Shown piece by piece: positions 53,401-64,000 of a DNA stretch of 64,000 nucleotides. The translations under genes were made by a program, and so were the position numbers. The notes below the pieces were generated by a model. It was not told the DNA's origin. It ran no database searches and saw nothing but the letters and a program-made list of their open reading frames with translations. The stretch comes from Anthoceros angustus (taxonomy: Eukaryota > Plantae > Anthocerotophyta). The DNA is taken from contig MU008155.1 in the NCBI GenBank assembly GCA_010909165.1, positions 744,001 to 808,000 of the forward strand, given 5' to 3'. How positions within the stretch are numbered: the stretch's first letter is position 1; every line of letters starts with the position of its first letter.

Positions 53401-55188
53401 TTTTGTGCCTAACTTTGCTAGGAGGGCTGCTCCTTTGACCAGCTTGTTGAGGAAGGACCAAGAGTGGGACTGGACAGCTGAGAGGGAGGCAGCATTTCAA
53501 GATTTGAGGACCACGTTGGTACAACCCTCAAGGGACCGGATGGAGCAAGAAGTTCCATGTGTACGTGATGTTTCCGCCGCCATTGGTACGCCTTGAGCCG
53601 GTGGATGACAAGAAGAGGGACTACCCAATCTACTACGGGACGGCAACTCACCGATGCGGAGCGCAAGTACACAACAACGAAAGGGAAGCCCTTGGGATGG
53701 TGTATTCAAGAAGGAAGTTTCGCCATTATCTCCTCTCCTATGAGTTTGTGTTCCATGTTGACCATTTTGCTCTCAAGCATCTTGTCAACAAGGCGGATCT
53801 TCGTCGCATAGCTCGTTGGATCTTCTAAGAGTTCACATTCACGGTGGAGACACGTGAGGGAAGAAGCATGTGAATGCCGACTACTTGTCTCGCTTGAAGA
53901 CGGAGAAGGTGGAGCGTGATCAAGAAGATCATTTTCCGGATGAAGCTTTCTTCGGAGGAGGATGAGAGTGCTAGGCCCAATGCCAAGTTGATCGAAACGG
54001 AGGTACAGACCAAATGAGAAGGGAGGAGAGAAGTTTTGCAGCCACCTATGAGGAGGTCTTTCGCTTTTAGCAAGATACCGGGACTGTCTACACAACAGAG
54101 GTTGTTCTATACTTCTCGCACTGTTAAGCGAGACAAGCCGCATGGTAGGGCCGATGGAGTTGAGAGGTTGTGGGTCAAGGATGGTCAAAAGGACCGGGTT
54201 CTCGCCTTGCATGAGGAGGAGGCCGGAGGTCACTACGCCAACGTGACTGTAAGAAGATCTTGGAGGCGGGGTATTGGTGGCCAACCTTGCACATAGATGC
54301 TAGGGAGTTCATCAAGCGTTGTGATGCATGTCAAAGGGTTGAAAGCCAACCAGACCACAAGGCCATTGGTCCCTATCCTAGCCTTGGCGCCTTTGAGAAG
54401 TGGGGATTGACTTCGTTGGGCGATTCAACCCCAAGACCAAGGGAGCCAATCAATATATTCGGTAGCAACGGACTCATGCCGCATGGTGGAAGCTCAAGCC
54501 TTGCCGTGGACACAAATGTGGTGGCAGTTCTTGTTTGAGTACATCATTACAAGGTACGGTGCCCGTTGGAAGTTAGCTGGGTACCCATTTCATCAACGAG
54601 GTGATCTCACACATGGTGAAGTACTTCAACATCAGCCACAGGAAGACCACCCCTACAACCCCAAGGCGAATGGACTCACGGAGAAAGCTAATGGATTGCT
54701 TTGCAGATCCTCAACAAGTTGACCATCACCTACACCTACGATTGGGACCGGAAGCTTCACTGCGTTGTGCGCTAGGACAATGGAGAAGGTGACCACACAC
54801 AGACTCCCTACTACCTCACCTATGGGCACTCACCACCATGCCCATTGAGTTTGAAGTGCCAACGTTGAGAGTCCAAGAGCATAAGAGGATGACGGTGGAG
54901 GAGAGCCGCTTGGAGAGGCTCATAGGCTTTGTTCAAAGACATGGAGAATAGGAACAAGCCTTGGCGCCTGAACGTCCAAGAGAAGAGGAAGGAATGGCAT
55001 GACCGGGCGCAAAAACAAGAGTACGTTGTTCGGGACTTGGCGTTTGTGTATGCGTACATGCACTTCCACGAAGCGCATCTTAGATGGATGGGTCCCTGGG
55101 TCAAGTCGACAATGGATCCATACAAGCGGCAACTTGATGGATTCGCCAACCGGGGTCAATGGTTGGCGTGAAGAAGTATTACCAATAA
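47434..55188 (+). pseudogene. Element C gag-pol, frameshifted; protease-RT block duplicated (~49555-51541 and ~51542-53533)
   Basis: KAIKAALNYEE plus K/S/D-rich gag, VPLDTGS protease, RT EWVAPIVVVPKK and FMEVFLDDFCVFG, LRGFLGMVGYYRRF, RNase H EREALGMVY, integrase GYWWPTL..CDACQR and YNPKANG, ending KKYYQ*. Confidence 0.92.
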
Positions 55189-55206
55189 GTTGGCGGGGGC
55201 GCCAAC

Positions 55207-55223
55207 AAATGAGAAGGGGAGTA
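55207..55223 (+). other. Polypurine tract of element C
   Basis: AAATGAGAAGGGGAGTA followed by TGTGGTGACC. Confidence 0.88.
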
Positions 55224-58200
55224 TGTGGTGACCACATGGGTACTCGGACCCCTGAAAGGAGTGTTTTTTGTTTTGTGTTTAAGTTAGAATCGTGTGGAGT
55301 TGGAATGTGAAGTAGGTTAGGAAATAAAGAAAAGTCTACTAGAGCCTAGTAGGAGGAAGAGAGTCTAGTCCCGATCCCGGATGTAACCTCGGAGGGTTGG
55401 CTGCTCGACCGTTGCTACAGTTGCTAGGGCCGTTGCTAGGCTTGCTATGACCACAAACTCGAGCTGTTGCTATGGTAGCAACCAAGTTGGAGTTTCTTTC
55501 AATGACTTGGAAAATCCAATCGATGGAATCAAGGAATACCCAAACGGAAGTAAGGGGTCCTATTGGCAATTAAAGTGCGGGAAGAGTATTTGCATCGAAT
55601 CCAGCGGATTGAAGACGGCGCGCCTCAAGCTCGGGCGTAATTGTGGGCGGAGGCGGGCCGGCGGAGAAGGACACAAGGGCGGTGTCGAGTCGCTGAAGGC
55701 ATCAGCCGCAGCCAGATCGGGATTGGTGGCGGTCAGGAGGATCGGAGGAGGCAGGCGGAGCGAGCGCGCGGTGCAAAGTTGGAGAAACACGTGGGTTGAT
55801 AGGGGCCTGAAGTGGGCTGTAGCTCACGCAAAATTGGTGGAAGCGGGGTGTGGTGGCAGCGCACTGGAAGCTGAGAATGTCACGGAAAACATAGGGATTC
55901 TTATAACCGAGGCGGGAGCATGGTCACGCCACAAGGGTCGGGCATGCCGGAGTAGCCGGGTGGAGGAGTAACACGAGGGCACGGAATAATCGGCCAGCGC
56001 GGTCACCAACTGCGGATAGGGGAGGACGAAGTGCATCAACCGTGCGTGATTGCGATTCACCGGAGTAAAATCAGGCGGGACACTCCACCGTGGCTGAGCC
56101 GGCGTGTGTTCCCACAGGGGATCCTCCGGTCTTGTGGGGCTAATTTCGGGAGGAGCATGGCGCTAAGAAGAATACTCCGCCATTGAGGCCATTACGACGC
56201 CCAATGGCCCAATATGGGGCCGGAGAGTGAAGGCGGGTCTTTGGTGGCTAAGCATCACCGTCCTTCATGGACAAAAAGTGGTGCTACAATAGCCCCTCGT
56301 TGGTTTTGGAGTGTCAGAGCGCATGAGGGAGAAGGCCATGGGGAAGGCAACGTGAGGACCAACCCCGCACTGGAATATTCACTCCGGGTCATGAGAGACC
56401 AAGAGGAATGTGGATAATCATTGACCCTTTCAGAAACCATCTCCTCAAAAGCCGCAGGAGGCACAAGCGGTCATTGCTCCCACATTGTCTAGAGTGGAGA
56501 ATGGCTGGGTCACCAACAAGCTAGACCACAGGCCGGATTAGCCAGTGGATCCTGCTCTCACTCACTAAGAAGCCGGAGCACATTCTTGACCATTTCCTTG
56601 TCTTTCTCTATGAGGTGGTGAGAGGGTCCAAGATAGATTGGGCCAGATGTTCTATGACACAGCGTGGAGAGGGACCACTTGACCCTACCATCACCTAGCC
56701 CCACTCTATCTCCCTTCTTAATCCACGTTTTGACCATGCCAGTTCTTTGGAGGGAATGGAGATGGTCTCACCTTTCATTTACGAGGCCGGTGTTTGAAAG
56801 AAGGAAGCCCAAAGAGGAGTCGGAGGAAGAGGCCATCTCCGGTGCGGGAGTGAAGATGAGAAGTCCAAGTGTCCATGAAAGGAATGTGACCGTGGCTAAG
56901 GTAGCACCATGTTGCTAACAAGGCAACGCATTGCTAAGGCCCCAACAGTACCAAGAGGGAGGGGAGCAACGGGACTCCAACAACACCTAGAGCCACAAGA
57001 GCGCACGGGAGCTCACACCGAGCAAGACAAGGGCAAGGCCAGGCAGCACCAATATCCCGAGCCTGGGGGGAAACCACAGTCAAGGAGGAATCACCAACCC
57101 TTGGGCACGCCGAGCGGTCCGAGAAAGTGACCACTGCTCAACGGTGGCTTTCAAGTATACCGGAAGTTGTGGCGGCATGACGGATAGGAAGGAGGGAGCC
57201 CATTCCCGAAGGTCCGGGACCTAACATCACCCCTGAGTTGGTTTCAGCTATGGCACGCACTAGGCGAGATGGAAGATCGAGCTCGTCCTCTCCTTGTTAG
57301 GTTCTGGTAGCAAGGGAAGCAACAGGGAGCTGGAGGAGCTCCAAGATGAAGAAGGAGAAGGAGGTTTTGGAGGGACGCCTAGCGCTTGGAAGTGGAAATA
57401 GGGAAGGTCCGAGGAGTTGCAGAGTCTAAGGACCAGAAGCCCTCATGGCTCGGCTCTCCGACACAGCACCATAGGAGAGCTGCAGAATGTTATTTCGGAT
57501 GCACAAGTGCGAACCTCGGATGCCTCACGAGCGCCACAGAAGGAGAGGGACGAGGCTAGGAAAGGTGGAAGGAGGCCAAGAGGGCCGGGATTGCAAGGAG
57601 GGCCACCGTGGAAGAGGCGAGGCTCCTATGGAAGAATCTGCCGAGTTAGCACCGAGGAGGTTGCTAAGCAAGCAACCGCCGGGTTGCTAAGCAAGCAACC
57701 GCCGTTGCTAGGAAGCAACAACGTAAAGCTCCAAGACCAAAGCCACAAGGAAGAAAGGGGCAGAAGACCGGAGGAGGACAACAGGCCGGGGGGCGGGTAA
57801 GCACCTCTAAGAAGTCTAACTTCCCAATGGTGCATTAGATTGAGGATGCTTATCAAGATAATCATGTGCCCGGATTCTCCTTGGCTGAGAGAAGATTGTC
57901 TCCGAAAGTTTATGTTGTTGTGGGCACAGGGGGACATGGAGGTACTTGATCCATGCCTTGACGGCACCGGATCCTACCTATGGGTTGGACTCTTACGGAG
58001 GAGACTTTCACCGACCCATCCAGATTCAAGAGCTCACCGAGGAGGAGTACGGACTGTCTGCGGCGAGCACAAGAGAGGAGTCCAGCTCGAGGAGGTGGAG
58101 ATTTGTGGGAGAGATTGCCCAACCAGCCAAGAGGAGAGCAAGAGGAGAACATGGGGCTAGGCGGCCTAGGAGGCCTGTGGAGGGATAATAGGGGTAAGTG

Positions 58201-60957
58201 GCCTGAAATAGATGAAGGCCCATGTGTTATAGACTAATCTTCCCTCATAGTGGATAGAATTAAGAGATAGGCCTCTAGGCTTGGTAGGCTAAGGATTGGT
58301 ATTTTTGGCAAGCTACTTTGTGGGTGATCTTGGGTATAAGAGGCAGCCCTCTTGATGAAATGTAAGCAATGTTGGCCTAAAGTCTCGGTGTTTGGGGTGA
58401 GCACGGGGTTTGGGGGTACGGATCCAGTCTTTGTGAGTCTAGACACTTCTCTCAGAGGAGCCGGGAGCAACGGGACTCCAACACCTAGAGCCACAAGAGC
58501 GCACGGGAGCTCACCGATGGCAAGACAAGGGCAAGGCTGTGGCAGCACCAATATCCTGAGAGCCTGGGGCTGGGAAACCACAGTCAACAGGAGGAATCAC
58601 CAACCCTTGGGCACGGCCGATCCGAGAAAGTGACTACCTCAACGGTGGCCTCAAGTATACCGGAAGTTGTGACAGGCCATGCAGATAGGAAGGAGGGAGC
58701 CCATTCCCAAGAAGGTTTTGGGACCTAACATCACCCTACTGGAGTTGGTTTCAGCTATGGCACGCACTGTGGAGATGGAAGATCGATAGCTCGTCCTCCT
58801 TGTTAGGTTTACAGCGCAGAGGGAAGCAACAGGGAGCAATGGAGGAGCTCCAAGATGAAGAAGGAGAAGGAGGTTTTGGAGGGACGCCAAGCTGGAAGTG
58901 GAAATAGGGAAGGTCCGAGGAGTTGCAAGTCTAAGGACCGTGAAGCCCTCATGGCTCGCCTCCGACACAGCACCATAGGAGAGCTGCAATGTTATTTCGG
59001 ATGCACAAGTGCAGCGAAACTCGGATGCCTCACGAGCGCCACAGAAGGAGAGGGACGAGGCTAGGAAAGGTGGAAGGAGGCCAAGAGGGCTGTGGATTGC
59101 AAGGAGGGCCACCGTGGAAGATGCGAGCTCCTATGGAAGAATCTGCCGAGTTAGCATGAGGAGGTTGCAAGCAACCGCCGGGTTGCTAGGAAGCAACTGC
59201 ACTGCTAAGGGAAGCAACAATAAGCTCCAAGACCAAAGCCACAAGGAAGAAGGGGCAACAAGACCGTGAGGAGGACAAACAGCTGGGGAGCGGGTAAGCA
59301 CCGCCTAAGAAGTCTAACTTCCCAATGGTGCATTAGATTGAGGGATGCTTATCAAGATAATCATGTGCCCGGATTCTCCTTGGCGGAGAGAAGATTGTCT
59401 CCGAAAGTTTATGTTGTTGTGGGCACAGGGGGACATGGAGGTACTTGATCCATGCCTTGACGGCACCGGATCCTACCTATGGGTTGGACTCTTACGGAGG
59501 AGACTTTCACCGACCCATCCAGATTCAAGAGCTCACCGAGGAGGAGTACGGACTGTCTGCGGCGAGCACAAGAGAGGGAGTCCAGCTCGAGGAGGTGGAG
59601 ATTTGTGGGAGAGATTGCCCAACCAGCCAAGAGGAGAGCAAGAGGAGAACATGGGGCTAGGCGGCCTAGGAGGCCTGTGGAGGGATAATAGGGGTAAGTG
59701 GCCTGAAATAGATGAAGGCCCATGTGTTATAGACTAATCTTCCCCTCATAGTGGATAGAATTAAGAGATAGGCCTCTAGGCTTGGTAGGCTAAGGATTGG
59801 TATTTTTGGCAAGCTACTTTGTGGGTGATCTTGGGTATAAGAGGCAGCCCTCTTGATGAAATGTAAGCAATGTTGGCCTAAAGTCTCGGTGTTTGGGGTG
59901 AGCACGGGGTTTGGGGGTACGGATCCAGTCTTTGTGAGTCTAGACACTTCTCTCAGAGGAGCCGAGAAGACTACCAAGTTGCCCAGATCTGTGTGACCAG
60001 ATCCGCAAGAGTGGTGGAAAGCAAGGGGAGGAGAACTGGTGATCTCCTTGGAGGAGTTCCCAAGGATAAGAGGAAGGGGTTGTGAAGGAGGCTGTCCATT
60101 CTCTTACTCATTCTCTTGACTTGTCTAGTACTCACCTTGTGTTTGAGTTTTCAGGTGTCGAGGTCATGTGGGAAAAGGAGACAAGGCGGGAGCCTGTGGG
60201 TGGAAGAGAAGGTCAAGTGAGACGGAGTCCGTGGGTTTGTATGCTTGGAAAATGTGAGCGAAAAGTGAACTGTGAGAGGAGTGGAAAATGAACATGGGAG
60301 TTCTTGATTGGGAGGGAAGTAAGAGGGATTGGAGAAGTCTGAGTGATGTTTCTGAGAAAGTGGGATTGAATGAGGCCGTGAGGTGTGAGAACAAGGAGCG
60401 GAAGGGAGTTGCAGAGGAACTTGGGGAGTATGGAGAGAGATGCAAGAGGTACCTCGTGAGCACAGGGAGGACTGTATGAAGCTTGGGAGGAAAGCTGAAA
60501 GGTTGGAGGGAAGAAAGAGAGATCCGGGAAGTGTTACAGTAAGGAGGTGGGTTGTGTGATCGGCAACCACATTGGTGGATCGACTTTGTGGAAGGATAAG
60601 AGAGAGGTGTCCAATCTTATCCACTTGGACCCCAAGTGGGCCCACCCTTCTATTAATAGCCAGCTGAACCCGAGATGGGTCCCACTGCTAAAATAGAGGG
60701 TGGTTGCTAAGATAGCAAGATCGTCCGTTGCTAAGGTAGCAACAGGTCGTGGCTAAGATAGCCGCAGTGCAGTGTTGTTAGGATAGTAGCACAGTCAGAG
60801 CTGCTAGATGTTTTGTATGTCCGTGTTTGGTTGGATTGGCTATGTTTTGGTTGTCTTGACACGAAATCACTCCCTTGGGTACGAATCTCAAGTCTACAAC
60901 GATAAGAGGGTAAATGTGGCCTCTTTGTGACCACTTAGTTTAGAAAATCACTCCACA
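55224..60957 (+). repeat. Element C 3' LTR
   Basis: Same termini as the 5' LTR; ~1.5 kb internal duplication (~56960-58455 and ~58456-59955). Confidence 0.92.
56157..58237 (+). pseudogene. LTR-borne accessory ORF of element C, 3' LTR copy (C-terminal part repeated to ~59737)
   Basis: Same motifs as 43759-45806; ORFs 57840-58160 and 59345-59737. Confidence 0.72.
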
Positions 60958-60962
60958 AGCTT

Positions 60963-61882
60963 CCAAAATCCTCCTAACATGCCGGTCTTCCCCTCGAGAA
61001 TTCTTCTAAGTGTTCTCGTGCCTCCTCAGACCGCCTCCGCCTCCGTCCCTTCACCCTCCTCGACCAACTGAAATGAGCTAAACGCTCCCCTCTACTTACA
61101 TATATAGGGTGAGGAGGGATTTTCCACACCCCAAAGGCCAAGGACGAAAATTTCCCTGTCCGAAGGCCAAGGACCTTTTCCCCTTCAGCGAACGTTAGGA
61201 ATTCCTCAACCACCGAAGGCCAAGGAAGAAATTTTCCGCTGTTCACCAATTGCCAAAGTCCAAGGAAGAAAAATCAGCAGACATGCAAAAGGGTCAGCCC
61301 GCCGCCACGCTTGACCCTAACCCGCCCGGTCCGTCTTCCGCACGTCAAACCCTCCGGCGGCGCGATGCCGATTCTCCAGCGCCAAGGATGATTTCTCTAT
61401 ATATGCTTGCATGCGCTCCCTCCTTGGTGCTGTTACGCCTCTTCCTCCTCTCGCTTGATCGCTCGCCGCCACCGCTCCACTTCGCTGTCCACAACTCGCG
61501 AGGGGCCTCTCTGGCGTCTTCCATTGGAGTAAGAACCTTACTCCCTGCATGTCCGGCCGTTCGGGTGGGAGTGACTGGCGCCGCCACTAGGCCGGCACCA
61601 ACCTCCTTCTTGGCGGGTTCGGCCCTTGCGAACCTCCCTCTCACAGAAACTTTCCCGGACCTCTGTCCAGGACCTCAAATCCTTCCGGCCGTTGGACCCG
61701 TTTTGGGCCTCCCGGCCCGCCCCGGGACCCAGAAATCTGTCCGCTTCTCCACCTGGTCACTCCTTGTTGTTGTCTTCCGTCGTGTTACATTGGTGAAAAA
61801 AGAAAAATAAAACCTAACTAATATGAACAAAACTAAGAGGCATCCGCCCATCTTCTAAAGTGGACCCAAAATTTGGCCCACA
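60963..61882 (-). repeat. Element D 5' LTR, 5' portion
   Basis: Matches 13755-14100 joined to 31149-32051, so it shows the empty site of the B insertion. Confidence 0.88.
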
Positions 61883-62397
61883 CTGCCGGTGACGCGCGCC
61901 GTCCAACCCGCATGCCAAATGATAGGCGCTCCGGCAGCGTTGCGCGCGCCACCTGCGCAGCCCGCCTCGACGCCCGGCCCGACTGCAGCCTCGCGGTCTT
62001 TGGGTGTGTCCGTCTCGATTGCGCTTGATTGTCTGGCACTCCGCCACTAGGGTTGTAAACTCCCCAGACGCCCCTGCTTCGCCACAGAACTGCTACCTCC
62101 CGCTGATCGCGCTTTGTGGCGGTGTAGGCATCCCTAACATATATAGACACTTTCTTATTTCTAAAATCACCAAAACCCAAGGACTCTATCTCCGACCTAC
62201 CTATCCGGGGTCGAAAAACCTAAGGTTCAAAAAAAACAAATTATTATCCCAAGGGCCAAGGACCATTCTCGTATAAAAGACCTTACCCAGGCGATTCTCA
62301 AAGCACTCTGCTATACAAACACTCTTAAAACAAAAAAAAAAAAAATCGTGCATCTCGACACTTCAGAGAGGGGCTAGTGTATATGTGGTCTTCCACA
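61883..62397 (-). repeat. Element A 5' LTR, 5' portion
   Basis: Matches ~1090-1565; terminates TTCCACA (TGTGGAA on minus) next to unique AT-richer DNA. Confidence 0.88.
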
Positions 62398-63559
62398 CGT
62401 GTATTCCATTTCTACCAGTATATATGGCAAAAGCCATAAACAATTAGTATACAAGCCAATAATAGCTATGGTAAAGAAAAAAGGTTGATAAAGGAATTAT
62501 GACCTTGTGAGGTGGAAGAAGGTGACAGTTAATGGGCATGTTACTGTGATATTCAGGTCTGGGCACCACTAACAAATAGTTGTGAAGAGAGAGTGCAATG
62601 AAGAGCGCTAGGAAAAACCTTAACTAATTGTACTCCCAATGGGGAGTAATAAAGAGGGGGACTGAGAGAGAAGAGAGAGAGGGGTCCTTGTTACAGTCAT
62701 GTTGCAATTGCATGAGGGAATTGATAAACAATGCGTATGAGAGAGGGGATGTAGTTAAGAGGGTGAGGAGAGAGAGCCAGGTTCGTGTTAAGATTGTAGG
62801 CCCACTTGGGGAAAGAAATGACAAACTTAATACCAAGCCTCCAAATGATGTTGCAAGTTAGAAGTGTAACATAAAATTGCAACAACGACTATAACATAGG
62901 CTGCCCTTTCTAGTAGGGCAAGAAGCTGCCGTGATCTATGAGAAAACATATATGGAAATAGTTGTTGATGCAGTCGAGCCCGCCTTCATCTTAGTGTTGC
63001 TGTACATCATAATCTTCAATGCTGCTTATTCGTGTAAGCATGTCTCTCGGATCTTTGACATGGAGTTTAAGCATCCACTCCCTAATTTAGACTCGAATGG
63101 TGAGGCTTCTCCATAGAAAGTTCATGTAGTCCTTGTCCTCTAGACTGTGTTTATTACAAAGGGCAGAACCTTGTCCTCCCTTGACTACTTTTACTCCCAC
63201 TTAGTTCACATGTAGTCCATGGAATAACGATTCAGATTCAGTATTTAAACTGCGCAATATTTAAACTGCAAAGGAAGTAATGGCACATGCTTTAAACAAC
63301 TTCAAGCATTCCTGGATACAAGATTCAACATTGTTTGTACCTTAGAAAGCAGTTTGGAGAGACCGGTGGCCCGAGATGGTGACACTGAAGATAATAATTA
63401 GGCAGCCGGAGTCCCTTGAGCGAGTTCTTCAATGCAAGACGTTAATAAAACCTTTAACCTCTACCATGCCTTCTTAGTTTCCTAGCGTTCAAGTTTTGCG
63501 ATCCGCTGGGAATTCAGACCATGCTTGTTTAGAAGGTGTCTAGATTGCAATGGGGTTGC

Positions 63560-64000
63560 TTACTTGCTTGCAAGGAGAGCTGCGTGTCGGTTGTTGTATT
63601 GGCTCACGAGTTTGGTGGCTTCTGCAAGGAACTTACCGAGCCATAGTGGCAGGGCATTCAATATGGCCCTGACAGTATTTGTGCCTTGAAACAAAGTTGG
63701 CAAGCATCAATGGCTGGGCAGCATAGGAGGAAATGTGCTTCATCCTCCACTAGCCCGGTTCTGGTAGCCCGGTTCTGGAGCATTGGCAGGTGCACCCTAG
63801 GCAATTGTTTTGGGCAAGGACCATCCTGAGTTGATGTGCCTTGGTGCGGAATCGAACAATTAACCTGGTGAGATCGGAAAGAAAGGGCTGTTGGAAATAT
63901 CGTTGGATCTGGTAGGTAGTGCTTTGGTGGACATGTTGAAGGTAGTGCAGCTTACTTGGCCCTGGCAAGGTTGGAGGCCATACCTTTCTAAGGAAAACAT
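63560..64000 (-). mobile_element. 3' end of a non-LTR retrotransposon (LINE) ORF2, degenerate
   Basis: Minus strand encodes SKLHYLQ..YQIQRYF..LIVRFRTKAHQL..CTCQC and, in another frame, GLVEDEAHFLLCCP, typical of the C-terminal Cys/His region of LINE ORF2. Left boundary approximate. Confidence 0.72.

Larger units (their letters stand above)
42763..60957 (+). mobile_element. Element C: Athila-like Ty3/Gypsy element inserted antisense in D's 5' LTR
   Basis: TGTGGTGACC...CACTCCACA termini; perfect TSD AGCTT at 42758-42762 and 60958-60962; PBS 47345-47360; PPT 55207-55223. Confidence 0.95.
10345..61882 (-). mobile_element. Element D: Athila-like Ty3/Gypsy element inserted in A's 5' LTR; both of its LTRs are interrupted (by B and C)
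   Basis: LTR 3' ends TGTGGTGGGAGGTTCC (plus) at 10345 and 39247; LTR starts at 32051 and 61882 (CCAAAATTTGGC..CCACA on plus). A LTR sequence resumes at 61883. TSD unclear (ccgcg versus ctgcc). Confidence 0.9.
1..62397 (-). mobile_element. Element A: outermost Athila-like Ty3/Gypsy LTR retrotransposon (3' LTR runs off the left edge; 5' LTR split by element D)
   Basis: 5' LTR starts TGTGGAAGACC at 62397 (minus) and matches the 3' LTR start at 1565. Bases 1-1000 match ~9195-10210, and ~1180-1565 match ~61990-62397. PBS at 7121-7137, PPT at 1566-1582, gag-pol between them. Confidence 0.9.

Noticed and set aside
10340-61887. Exact TSD for element D and LTR-divergence dating
   Set aside because: Flanks read ccgcg versus ctgcc, and the apparent error rate would swamp true LTR divergence.
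62398-63550. Host gene exons in the AT-richer flank
   Set aside because: Only short ORFs with no recognisable domain; a gene cannot be supported from sequence alone.
1-64000. Most short six-frame ORFs as independent genes
   Set aside because: They are frameshift fragments or antisense shadows of gag-pol and the LTR gene in GC-rich DNA.

Overview
Eukaryotic, probably plant-lineage DNA. Positions 1-62397 form one nested stack of four different Athila-like (non-chromovirus Ty3/Gypsy) LTR retrotransposons. Element A (minus, <1-62397) is outermost. Element D (minus, 10345-61882) sits in A's 5' LTR. Element B (plus, ~14101-31148) sits in D's 3' LTR, and element C (plus, 42763-60957, perfect AGCTT target-site duplication) sits in D's 5' LTR. 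Each has a tRNA-Asp-type PBS, a gag-PR-RT-RH-IN region ending just before a hairpin and PPT, and very long LTRs (~3.7-4.6 kb before local duplications). The main observation is that every LTR carries a ~2-2.5 kb sense-strand accessory gene. It is clearly homologous in A, B and C (MAP..[W/G]PNMxHxxV, NGW, LAKWIL, FLxEVVxGxKIDW, then coiled coil) and more distantly so in D. It lies between an upstream CTATATATG box (A, B, D) and a downstream TATAAGAG box (all four). All three nested insertions landed within ~260 bp of the host LTR's upstream TATA-like box. The right end holds the 3' end of a LINE ORF2. Pervasive small indels and copy-specific 0.3-2 kb tandem duplications suggest an error-prone long-read consensus, so reading frames and LTR ages cannot be trusted. 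All protein motifs below were read by eye across frameshifts.
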